A stretch of 32,000 nt of DNA from SAR324 cluster bacterium (lineage in GTDB: Bacteria; SAR324; NAC60-12). Positions 9,115 to 17,116 of the stretch are shown here, in pieces. The translations under genes and the position numbers were made by a program. The notes under the pieces were generated by a model that was not told the origin of the DNA, did no database searches, and saw nothing but the letters and a program-made list of their open reading frames with translations. Position 1 is the stretch's first letter, and each line of letters opens with the position of its first letter. The stretch lies in assembly GCA_015232315.1 (NCBI GenBank), contig JADFZZ010000003.1:112194-144193 (forward strand), read 5' to 3'.

Positions 9115-9379
9115 TGCTGTATAGTGATTGCATTGATGGCGTCGGTGGAGGTGGGTTTTCCAGTTTATCCACAATATATTCTCCTGAATCTTTGGATACG
9201 ACAATTTTGGGAGGTATAATCACACCAAAAGGGATCTCATTCAATGCTTGTAGATAATGTAGAATGGCACTCTCAACAAAGAAACCTTTTTTCACACCGT
9301 GGTTTTGAATATAAGTTTCTAAAAGAGCTTGGGTCTCTGATGATATATGTGCTGTAATTTGTGGACTGATTGTTTTCAT
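9107..9379 (-). CDS. Ribbon-helix-helix antitoxin (DUF1778/TacA-like) cognate to the GNAT toxin
   Basis: 90-aa ORF immediately upstream of the GNAT gene and translationally coupled to it. The N-terminal RHH-like segment reads ITAHISSETQALLETYIQNHGVKKGFFVESAILHYLQAL. The C-terminal tail (LENPPPPTPSMQSL) resembles the toxin-binding tail of DUF1778 antitoxins. Confidence 0.65.
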   Translation of the reverse strand: MKTISPQITAHISSETQALLETYIQNHGVKKGFFVESAILHYLQALNEIPFGVIIPPKIVVSKDSGEYIVDKLENPPPPTPSMQSLYSND

Positions 9380-9453
9380 ATTACCCTCCTGTAGAGAATT
9401 CTACAAAAATGTAGATCGTTCTAAATCATCTGTCAAGAATAACACCTGCAAAC

Positions 9454-9585
9454 CAGGGTTGTTTAATTTTCAGTTTGGCATGGTGGGTAGGTTGGGTAGA
9501 ACGAAGTGAAACCCAACAAAACTCGATGGGTTTCGCAAAGGCTCTACCTATTACGCATCCTTTTTTGGAAAATTAAACGACCCTG
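9454..9585. mobile_element. MITE-like non-autonomous element (132 bp) with TIRs and a 9-bp target-site duplication
   Basis: 17-bp terminal inverted repeat with 16/17 match: cagggttgtttaatttt (9454-9470) / aaaattaaacgaccctg (9569-9585). It is directly abutted on both sides by CCTGCAAAC (9445-9453 and 9586-9594). The interior holds two inverted copies of a short unit: taggttgggtagaacgaagtgaaacccaac (9488-9517, hairpin gttgggt/acccaac) and gatgggtttcgcaaaggctctaccta (9525-9550). Confidence 0.6.
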
Positions 9586-9682
9586 CCTGCAAACAACACA
9601 TCGGGATTGATAAAACGGAAGGTCTGGTTCCCCACCACCCAAGAAGGTCGGGAACCAGAGTTTTGGCGGAAATTGTTATTTT

Positions 9683-11158
9683 TTAACTGGCGGCATACAA
9701 TCGGGGTCCTTGAATTTGAACAGGTTGACGCTCCTGTTGTTCCAGATCGAGCAGGCATTTTTCCAGGGTCAGTCCCACCAGTGTTTCGTTTTTGATCATG
9801 GCAATATGCGGCCAGGTGGCCCGTTCGCCTTCCAGAAGTGCGGCTCTGAATTCCTGTACGTCGGGATTGGCAAACAATCTCAAATATTTCTTCACTCCAA
9901 GCTTGGGGAAAATATTGATATCGCCCTGATATTGCTGATCCAGCACACTGTTGAGCATTCCCAGCATGGAAAGTCGATTGCCATATTTGGGTGCGCCAAA
10001 TAGTTTCAACAACTGCAAGCCACGGTGTTTGGCCTCAGACTTAAACAGATCGCGCATGTTCCAGCGGATGTCCTTGGTGTGCCAGCGTTGTTCCATGAAG
10101 GGCGTGATGTGTGGATTGACCTGACTGACAATGTAATGATTCACATTGAATAACTCACTGAGACGTTTGATCGGAATGTCATTGGTCACACTGCCATCAA
10201 CCCACCGAACGCCTTTCATGTGTGTCACATATTCGCCATGAATGTTCTTGGCGGTCAGTTCAACCGGTGCGAACACGCCGGGAACAGTGCAGGACGCCAG
10301 ACAGGCGCTCCAGATCAGCACATGCGGTGTGGTCAGATAATTGGCCAACCGGGGATGCTGACTCTGATAGAGTGGAGAGATGCTGATATTGATCATGCGC
10401 CCGGTTCTCTCAAAGGCTTCTTCAAACGTATATTCCCCAATGGTATCTCTCAGAAAGTTTTCCAGAGCTTTGGAACTTAAAATTCCTTTGCCCTGCGCGA
10501 TTTCAGCCCAGGGTAAACGCTGAAAAATATTTTTTGCCAGCATTTGCTCAGGTTCCCGATGCAATGTCCACATTTCCTCTTCGGTCTTCACACCAAACAC
10601 GGAGGTCATGATGGACCCCGCACTGGAACCGGAGATCACACGCGGCAATAAGCCTTGTTCAAACAGCGCCCGAAAAACACCCACATGGAACATCCCCATC
10701 GTGCTGCCACCACTGAGCAACAGTGCTGAACGTCCATAGCCCTGGTAACTCTGACGAAAAAATTTAAGTTTATCTTTCAAGGAAAACTGTTTGAGATCTT
10801 CTTCGGCGAGGTACTTGAGCAACGTAGAAACTTCATGAATGTAGTCATCAATCAGATATTTTGTACCAACCCTGGCGTGGTTATACAACACAGGATTCGC
10901 GATGTTGCCGATGTTGCGTTTGAGTCCTTCCCGAAGACTGTACACAAGTTGGGGGATGTCCTTGGCTTTGTAGCAGGCACGCAGGTGGTTGAGACGCTTC
11001 AGAATCAGTTTGTAGAGATAATCCGGTGATTCATTTTCAACTTTCCATGCTTCATGCCCCTTAAGCCAGTCATATTCCACAGCGGTGGTGTACCAGGATT
11101 GATAATCTGTGGATTGAGCCATGGCCTGCTTCAGTTCTACCGCATTACGTCTTTGCAT
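9683..11158 (-). CDS. Patatin-like phospholipase / triacylglycerol-lipase-type protein with an N-terminal DUF3336-like region
   Basis: 491-aa ORF. It has an oxyanion-hole Gly-rich stretch (LLLSGGSTMGMFHVG), the nucleophile elbow GSSAG (GxSxG) and the catalytic Asp motif VDGSVTNDIP. The roughly 130-aa N-terminal region resembles the DUF3336 extension of TGL-type patatins. Confidence 0.85.
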   Translation of the reverse strand: MQRRNAVELKQAMAQSTDYQSWYTTAVEYDWLKGHEAWKVENESPDYLYKLILKRLNHLRACYKAKDIPQLVYSLREGLKRNIGNIANPVLYNHARVGTKYLIDDYIHEVSTLLKYLAEEDLKQFSLKDKLKFFRQSYQGYGRSALLLSGGSTMGMFHVGVFRALFEQGLLPRVISGSSAGSIMTSVFGVKTEEEMWTLHREPEQMLAKNIFQRLPWAEIAQGKGILSSKALENFLRDTIGEYTFEEAFERTGRMINISISPLYQSQHPRLANYLTTPHVLIWSACLASCTVPGVFAPVELTAKNIHGEYVTHMKGVRWVDGSVTNDIPIKRLSELFNVNHYIVSQVNPHITPFMEQRWHTKDIRWNMRDLFKSEAKHRGLQLLKLFGAPKYGNRLSMLGMLNSVLDQQYQGDINIFPKLGVKKYLRLFANPDVQEFRAALLEGERATWPHIAMIKNETLVGLTLEKCLLDLEQQERQPVQIQGPRLYAAS

Positions 11159-11190
11159 AAGTCCCCCTGAAATTTGTTTTGCTCGATGTC

Positions 11191-11224
11191 CTGCTTGACA
11201 AGCAGTTTATGGAAAAGCTATGAA
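11191..11224 (+). promoter_or_regulatory. Putative sigma70-type promoter with a palindrome over the -35 box, upstream of the GGDEF receptor
   Basis: TTGACA at 11195-11200 sits inside the perfect palindrome ctgcttg-a-caagcag (11191-11205). An 18-nt spacer separates it from TATGAA (11219-11224). A second 7-bp-stem hairpin, cagatag...ctatctg (11249-11270), lies in the leader. Assignment is by eye only. Confidence 0.25.
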
Positions 11225-11330
11225 TTTTTATACAACTTATTTGTTCGTCAGATAGTTTCGGTGCTATCTGCGAAAAAACACAAACCCATTTCCTCTTAAC
11301 CCCGGAATGTCGCTTTTTGGAGAGCCTGTA

Positions 11331-14300
11331 ATGGAATCAATGCTAAGATTTGACCGGGTTTTCCCCTATGCCATGCCACCGCTACTCACCATCCTCGCCT
11401 GTCTGTTTCTTGCGTTACTAACAATAAAATCAGGAAGAAACAATCGGGAAAATAAATTATTCACGCTCCTCAGCCTGATGCTGTTGCTCTACAATGTGAA
11501 TTTTCTACTTTACATTCTCATGACCTCTCAGTCTGACACCGTGAATGTGACGCGCTGGAGTTTTGTGTTTTTTGTCTTTTCCCTGCCAGTCAGCATCCAG
11601 TTCATTCATCAGATGCTTGGACTTCACAACCGGAAGTGGATCGAGTGGGGATTGTATGGGTTTTGTTTTGTCTCACTTCCATGGATCACGCTCACAGATT
11701 TTTATTTCACGGAAGGTTTTGAGTATTATTTCGGGATGTATCCACGCGCGAATACAGGGTTATATCTGTTTGCGGTGCTGAGTGTTCTCGGGGGGAGCTA
11801 TTACCTGTTTCTGCTTGGAAAAAACTGGCGGGCTGAAACAGATCCCAATCTTCGGCGGAAAATGCTCTACATCCTGATTGGATTTCCAGGCGGGTGGCTG
11901 ATGATCGGTTTCAACATGATTCCCTATTCAGGCATCGAACTTTATCCGCCAGGCGCGTTTGCGTTCATCCCACTGTCACTCATGGTCTATGGCGTACTGC
12001 GTCACGCGTTGCTGGATACCAGTGAATCCTTCCTCAAAAAAGGCTATCTGGGAAAATGGCTGTCGTATGTGACCTTGCTTCCGTTACTGGCCGCGGGTTT
12101 ATTTCTGGAAATGTCAGAATCCCTCAGCATTACCGAAGACCAATCCCTTGTTGAAGTGCTCTGGCCGTTTGGATTTCCACCACTCCTGTCAGCCATCGTC
12201 TGTCTCGGACTCGCCGCATGGTGCCTGAGAAAAGGAATCCGGCAACTGAACACCATTCTGCTGGGCATCATCTGCCTGCTGTGGGGCTTGCTCAGCTTCA
12301 GTCGAGTCCTGATTTTTCTGGTTTCTGTCGGCAGTCCCGCGTTGCAATACCAGATTGCGAACACCGCGCATTTCTTTTTTGTGAATCAGTTGGGTGTCTA
12401 TCTGCATTTTATCCACAGAGTCAGCCATCGCCCTGAACGCAAACTTGTTATTTTTTACTATATCTGCGGCACGATCCTGATGTTTCTTCCTCAGGCCAAT
12501 TTATATTTCAACTCAACGCTCTACCACTATTATTACGGGGTGTATCTCAGTGGTAGCTGGGGCTTTGCCACCGTGGGACTGCTCGGTTTTTTCGGGTTGC
12601 TCCGGGGAGGCTATCTGCTGTTGTCCGCTCAACAAAAGGAAACAAATCCGCGAAAAAAGCGGAATCTGCATTATTTGTTCATCGGTTTGATTCTGACCGG
12701 GATTCTGAATCTGTTTACTGTTCCCGCGTTGCAGGGGATTGAGTTTTATCCGCTGGGAGATTTCACCTTCATTCCGATTGGAATTCTGGCCTATGGGATT
12801 CTGGTGCATGATGTCCTGCACATCAATGTTTCTTCCAAAAAAAGATTTTCGTTTGTGCTGGTAAAATTTCTGGTGATCGCAATCAATGCCGGAGTTTTCA
12901 TGGCAGGGTCATGGGCTTTGCAGGATTACTCATGGGCTCAGATCACCAGCAGACTTGGCTGGAGCAGTTTGCCACAATCGTTGTCCTGGCTCTCTTGCCT
13001 GTTTCTGTCATGGCTCTCACTCAGGATGGCACAAAATCAGAAAGCCGCGCAATTATTCAGTCTGCTGTGCTGTTTGTTCGGATTGATCAATGCTGATATT
13101 TTTTTAAACAGCATCATTGATGATCCGGCCATCGGTTTAAGACTGACCCGCTGGGATCAACCGCTGTTTGTGTTTGTCATGGCCCTGATTCCACACATGA
13201 CCTATCTGATCACCAAAAAAGAAACCGGCTGGCGTCTGGTGTATCTGGCCTACGGAGTGTGTATTGTGTACATTCCGATCACACAGACCGATTATTATTT
13301 CAGAACCATGCAGATGCATTTCTGGGGAATGTTTCCCCGAAACGGATTTTTCTTTGATGTCTTTGCACTGCTCATCGTTCTTTCCGCATCCTATTCCGCA
13401 TATCTGCTTTCAGTGACCTGGCGTGAAACCCGGAATCCGATCTTCAAAAACACAGTGAAGCATCTGCTGCTGGGGTTTATGGGCATTGCTGTGCTGACTC
13501 TGGGGGATATGCCCGCAATTTATGGCTATGACGTCTACCCGATTGGCAGTTTCAGTTTCATTCCCTTGACTGTTTTGGCGTATGGGCTGTTCAAACACAG
13601 TCTGAAAGAACTGGTTCAAAACCTCAGAGGCGTTTTATTTTGGGGGGTCGTAGGGCTGGCGATGGGATTTTTACTGTTTTTCACACGTGAACTGTTCGAT
13701 TTTCTTCCTGCGCAACTGGCACTCATGGCGGTCACTGTGACTGCGCTCATGACCTTTCCGATCCTTACTAAAAGTTGGCAAACCGTGCTGGACTTGTTTA
13801 TCTGCAATCAGGCTGAAGAACTCCGTCAATTGTTTTACTCGCTGACAGAAAACCTTTCACACGTGCATCGCCTCCAGGAAATTCATCAGCAAATCAGCGG
13901 CGCACTCATGGAAAATCTGAAGTGCAGCCGCAGCGAAATTTTATTTTATTCCAGGGAAGACAAAAAACTGATGGGTTGGCAACGCTGGAACAAACATTCC
14001 CCGGTTTTTGAAGATAAAATTCAGGAAAACATTGAAGATAAAACAGCCTTCATGGAACCGTATTATCCATTCCTGTCCATCTTCAATGTAGAAAACACAC
14101 TGATCGCACTGGAGGATATGGAAAGTTGGGTGCTTGAACAGCATCTTCCGCCAACTGTGACTGAAAAAATACTCAATACCGAATTGACCCTTGCCGTTTT
14201 TTTTCAGGATCGTCTGACCGCGCTCATTCTGCTTGACCAGAAAATCAACGGCATCCCCTACAGTCGGAATGATAAGGTTTTTCTGCAACAACTGGGGCTG

Positions 14301-15398
14301 GTACTGGGACCGCACATTGAACACGCCAAACTCTTGCAGGGACTGGAACGTCAGGTCGCGCAACGGACAAGAGATCTCACACGTTCCAATGAAATCGCGG
14401 GCAACCAGAACAGGATCTTTCAGTCACTGCTTCAAACCAGTGCGACCATGCACCAGATGAATGAACTGGAAGAATTTTTTCAATACACGCTCAATCAGCT
14501 TCGTCAATTATTCACGGATTCCGGGTTTGCCATTATCCTGCATGGAGAACGTCCGGAAATTGTGGAAATGGCTACGTTTGACGGAATTGAGGAACTTGAG
14601 CAGGATTATCTGTTGCAACATGCGGGAAGACTACTGGGTGATGACCGCCATGAATTTATACAGACAATGCGGAGTTCTCATGCGGCCTCTGCCGCGGAAC
14701 GTATCCGTGATCTGACTCACGGACATCACTGGACACTTCTGCCCCTCAGGGGTCGTGAACAGAACCTGAGCGGGAATCTGATTGTCAAAGGCCCTCAATT
14801 GGACAACGGCTCCCTGCGAACCATCACGCTGTTTCTGGAACAGGTCACAGCCGTGGCAGAAAACAAGATTCTCACCCGACAGTTGGAAAAAATTGCCAAC
14901 ACCGACGGTCTTACCGGTGTTTATAATCGTCTGTATTTTGATAGAGAGATGAACCGGTTGATCCAACAGAACCGGCAGTTTTCCAATATTCATTTTTCAG
15001 TCATACTCATTGACGTCAATGGTTTGAAACGGGTGAATGACGTGTATGGGCATCAGGATGGGGATGCCATGATTGTGACCGTTGCTGATTTACTCGTTCA
15101 GGTCTGCCGGAAATCAGATATCGTGGTTCGTCTGGGAGGCGATGAATTTGTGGTGGTCTGCCCCGCATCCGGCTATGAACAGGTGCAAATCCTGGTTGAG
15201 CGAATCCGTGAAGCTGAACAGCAGAGCACACTGACCTGCAAAAACGCGGAAGGACATGAGGATATCATTCCCATCCGCATGAGTCTGGGCGTTGCCTGCA
15301 CAGAGGACACCCCTGCTGATGCCGTCCTGAAAAAAGCCGATCAACGGATGTATGCTGATAAAGAAGCCTTTTATGCCAAGCAAAACCGCTATCGTTGA
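11331..15398 (+). CDS. Giant membrane receptor diguanylate cyclase: 3 x 7TM sensor modules, degenerate GAF-like domain, GAF-like domain, GGDEF
   Basis: The long ORF opens at 11307, but ATG 11331 is preceded by GGAGAG at a spacing of about 7 nt and aligns better with the paralog N-termini (MESMLRFDRVFPYAMPP). Three 7TM modules lie at about 11361-12006, 12162-12812 and 12951-13597, with the same start and end motifs as the two cyclases. The GGDEF domain begins at about 14904 (DGLTGVYNR). It has an intact active site RLGGDEFVV (about 15135-15149) and the I-site RKSD five residues upstream (15108-15119). Confidence 0.9.
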   Translation: MESMLRFDRVFPYAMPPLLTILACLFLALLTIKSGRNNRENKLFTLLSLMLLLYNVNFLLYILMTSQSDTVNVTRWSFVFFVFSLPVSIQFIHQMLGLHNRKWIEWGLYGFCFVSLPWITLTDFYFTEGFEYYFGMYPRANTGLYLFAVLSVLGGSYYLFLLGKNWRAETDPNLRRKMLYILIGFPGGWLMIGFNMIPYSGIELYPPGAFAFIPLSLMVYGVLRHALLDTSESFLKKGYLGKWLSYVTLLPLLAAGLFLEMSESLSITEDQSLVEVLWPFGFPPLLSAIVCLGLAAWCLRKGIRQLNTILLGIICLLWGLLSFSRVLIFLVSVGSPALQYQIANTAHFFFVNQLGVYLHFIHRVSHRPERKLVIFYYICGTILMFLPQANLYFNSTLYHYYYGVYLSGSWGFATVGLLGFFGLLRGGYLLLSAQQKETNPRKKRNLHYLFIGLILTGILNLFTVPALQGIEFYPLGDFTFIPIGILAYGILVHDVLHINVSSKKRFSFVLVKFLVIAINAGVFMAGSWALQDYSWAQITSRLGWSSLPQSLSWLSCLFLSWLSLRMAQNQKAAQLFSLLCCLFGLINADIFLNSIIDDPAIGLRLTRWDQPLFVFVMALIPHMTYLITKKETGWRLVYLAYGVCIVYIPITQTDYYFRTMQMHFWGMFPRNGFFFDVFALLIVLSASYSAYLLSVTWRETRNPIFKNTVKHLLLGFMGIAVLTLGDMPAIYGYDVYPIGSFSFIPLTVLAYGLFKHSLKELVQNLRGVLFWGVVGLAMGFLLFFTRELFDFLPAQLALMAVTVTALMTFPILTKSWQTVLDLFICNQAEELRQLFYSLTENLSHVHRLQEIHQQISGALMENLKCSRSEILFYSREDKKLMGWQRWNKHSPVFEDKIQENIEDKTAFMEPYYPFLSIFNVENTLIALEDMESWVLEQHLPPTVTEKILNTELTLAVFFQDRLTALILLDQKINGIPYSRNDKVFLQQLGLVLGPHIEHAKLLQGLERQVAQRTRDLTRSNEIAGNQNRIFQSLLQTSATMHQMNELEEFFQYTLNQLRQLFTDSGFAIILHGERPEIVEMATFDGIEELEQDYLLQHAGRLLGDDRHEFIQTMRSSHAASAAERIRDLTHGHHWTLLPLRGREQNLSGNLIVKGPQLDNGSLRTITLFLEQVTAVAENKILTRQLEKIANTDGLTGVYNRLYFDREMNRLIQQNRQFSNIHFSVILIDVNGLKRVNDVYGHQDGDAMIVTVADLLVQVCRKSDIVVRLGGDEFVVVCPASGYEQVQILVERIREAEQQSTLTCKNAEGHEDIIPIRMSLGVACTEDTPADAVLKKADQRMYADKEAFYAKQNRYR

Positions 15399-15508
15399 CA
15401 ATCGGGCCGTTTCATCGGTCAATCCCGTTACCTCACAAAAATATCGAAGCAACCATTGCCTTTGGAATGAATTTTCCATATAAACTCATTTTGTTCTAAA
15501 AAAATTGG

Positions 15509-15646
15509 GTAAGCGTTCAGTTTTCAGTATTCAGCTTTCAGTGTTTATGCGCTTCAGAAGCATTAGGACTCAATAGCAGAAACTATCGTTTGGCTTCCAA
15601 GCCTTTAGAATTCTTGAAAACTGATAGCTGACGGCTGAACGCTTAC
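15509..15646. mobile_element. MITE-like non-autonomous element (138 bp) with perfect 12-bp TIRs and an 8-bp target-site duplication
   Basis: gtaagcgttcag (15509-15520) and ctgaacgcttac (15635-15646) are perfect reverse complements. AAAATTGG directly abuts both ends (15501-15508 and 15647-15654). The sub-terminal arms are made of TTCAG-containing heptads (gttcag ttttcag tattcag ctttcag, mirrored as ctga.. repeats on the right). Confidence 0.65.
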
Positions 15647-15714
15647 AAAATTGGTTACGGCCATCTGGATGTTTAATTTTGTTATATTGATGAACCCCTG
15701 ATTAGGAAAAAAAG

Positions 15715-16584
15715 ATGAAGAGATCACATTTATTCAAACACATACTCCCAATCGTATTGCTGGCCATGTTCGTGTCAGGCTGTTATTCAGAAGCTGATTA
15801 CAAAGCCAAAGAAGCTGAGGCTCTGCAATATCAGCAAACCGCCGAAGACGCGCTGAAAGAAGTCAATGCCTTCCGAATCAGGATAAAATCACTGGAAACG
15901 CAACTGAAAGAGGCTTCGGAAGCCAGTGATAGCATGGGAAAACTCAAGGAAACAATCGCCAGTCTTGAGAATCAGAACATTCAATTGCAAACGCAACTGA
16001 AAGAATTATCTGATTCAGAAAATCAGTTGAAAACAGGCAATATCGAACTTAAAAATAAAAATCAGTCCTTGTCTGAGGAACTGACAAAACTCAAAAAAGC
16101 GGCACCCTCAGAACAGTCTAGTGCAGAACTGGATTCACTGACCAGTGAACTCACCAAACATCAACTCAAGATTTCGAGACAATCCAACCGTCTCGTGGTT
16201 CATTTGGAAGACAACGTGTTATTCCAGGTGGGTAACGCACAACTGAGCGATTCAGGAAAGACCGTTCTGAGTCAGATCGGAAAAAGTCTAAAACTTTTGA
16301 AAAAACGGTCGATTCAGATTGAAGGGCACTCAGACACACTCCGTCTGCTGAAAGAAGAAGTCAAAAAGCAGTACAAAAGCAATCTGGACCTGTCCCTGGC
16401 TCGAGCCTCCAATGTGGCGCATTATCTGATAAAAGAAGCACAAGTTCCCTCACAGCAGATTTCAGTTGCGGGTTTCGGATCATCCCAACCGGTGGCGTCA
16501 AACCGTACCGCAAAAGGCCGACAAAAGAACCGGCGCGTGGAACTCATCATTGTGATTCCTGAGTCCAGTAAAAAAATCATGTAG
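15715..16584 (+). CDS. OmpA/MotB-domain lipoprotein with a long N-terminal coiled coil
   Basis: Signal peptide plus lipobox (LLAMFVSGC). A roughly 130-aa heptad-rich region follows (LETQLKE, LENQNIQLQTQLKEL...). The C-terminal OmpA-like peptidoglycan-binding domain reads VLFQVGNAQLSDSGKTVL...IEGHSDT...NLDLSLARASNVAHYL...GFGSSQPVASNRTAKGRQKNRRVELII. Confidence 0.85.
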   Translation: MKRSHLFKHILPIVLLAMFVSGCYSEADYKAKEAEALQYQQTAEDALKEVNAFRIRIKSLETQLKEASEASDSMGKLKETIASLENQNIQLQTQLKELSDSENQLKTGNIELKNKNQSLSEELTKLKKAAPSEQSSAELDSLTSELTKHQLKISRQSNRLVVHLEDNVLFQVGNAQLSDSGKTVLSQIGKSLKLLKKRSIQIEGHSDTLRLLKEEVKKQYKSNLDLSLARASNVAHYLIKEAQVPSQQISVAGFGSSQPVASNRTAKGRQKNRRVELIIVIPESSKKIM

Positions 16585-16655
16585 GAATAGAGGCTCCCTT
16601 CAGAAACGGTGAGAAGTGGTCGACCGTTTGAATGTGCCATCCCGACAGAGCGAGT

Positions 16656-16699
16656 GACGAGGGATCTTAAAGCGTAGTGTTCAAGATCTCTCCTTCGTC
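16656..16699. repeat. REP-like imperfect hairpin in the ompA-like / small-ORF spacer
   Basis: gacgagggatctt (16656-16668) pairs imperfectly with aagatctctccttcgtc (16683-16699). A separate 7-bp-stem hairpin, aaacggt...accgttt (16604-16629), follows the stop at 16582-16584. It has no T-tract, so its terminator status is uncertain. Confidence 0.3.
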
Positions 16700-16763
16700 A
16701 AGAGACAAACTGAAATCTGAAAGGTGTCCGAAATTCTAAAACCTTGTCAAAAGGAGAATCATC

Positions 16764-17012
16764 ATGTCCAGCGATTTAATATTATGGTTGCTGACCACTA
16801 TAGGGTTGAGCGTGGGCTTGTTTTATTTCCATCAACGAAAAAGTGAACGCGGTAGCAATCTGGATGTAGAATTTTCCAATATCACCATGTTCTTTGATCC
16901 ATGGAAAGGTGAGGGCGACATTTTTGTAGGTGGAATTCTGATTCTGCTCAGTTTTTCAAAATTTCTGCTGGAACTGGCCCAGGCCATTCGTATGATCTTT
17001 ATCGGAATGTGA
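16764..17012 (+). CDS. Small hypothetical membrane protein (2 predicted TM helices)
   Basis: 82-aa ORF with a good SD (AAGGAG about 8 nt upstream of the ATG). It has two hydrophobic helices (LILWLLTTIGLSVGLFYF and IFVGGILILLSFSKFLL). I recognise no family. Confidence 0.45.
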   Translation: MSSDLILWLLTTIGLSVGLFYFHQRKSERGSNLDVEFSNITMFFDPWKGEGDIFVGGILILLSFSKFLLELAQAIRMIFIGM

Positions 17013-17116
17013 GTGCTTTTGAAAAAAATTCTGAGGGCGGAAAATCCCCCATTCATCAGCCAACCTTTACAGCAAAACACATCTGATGCATTTTCCCCAA
17101 AAAATATAGGAAGAGA

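Noticed and set aside
8608-9204. The 198-aa version of the GNAT ORF starting at 9204
   Set aside because: The first 30 codons overlap the 3' end of the antitoxin gene in another frame and have a non-protein-like composition (HLHRRHQCNH). The ATG at 9114 gives the canonical GNAT toxin length and the typical 8-nt coupling overlap.
9683-15398. Patatin-like phospholipase next to nucleotide cyclases as a CBASS-like defence system (CapV-type effector plus cyclase)
   Set aside because: The patatin is a 491-aa DUF3336/TGL-type lipase, not a ~350-aa CapV. The adjacent cyclases are a GGDEF and class III membrane receptors, not CD-NTases. The genes are divergently transcribed, and no ubiquitin-like or HORMA/TRIP13 accessory genes are present.
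11563-15479. Numerous short ORFs on both strands within the GGDEF receptor gene (e.g. 12044-12364, 13941-14363, 14631-14993, 15114-15479)
   Set aside because: They are nested in or antisense to a 1355-aa ORF with clear domain content. None has motifs or an RBS.
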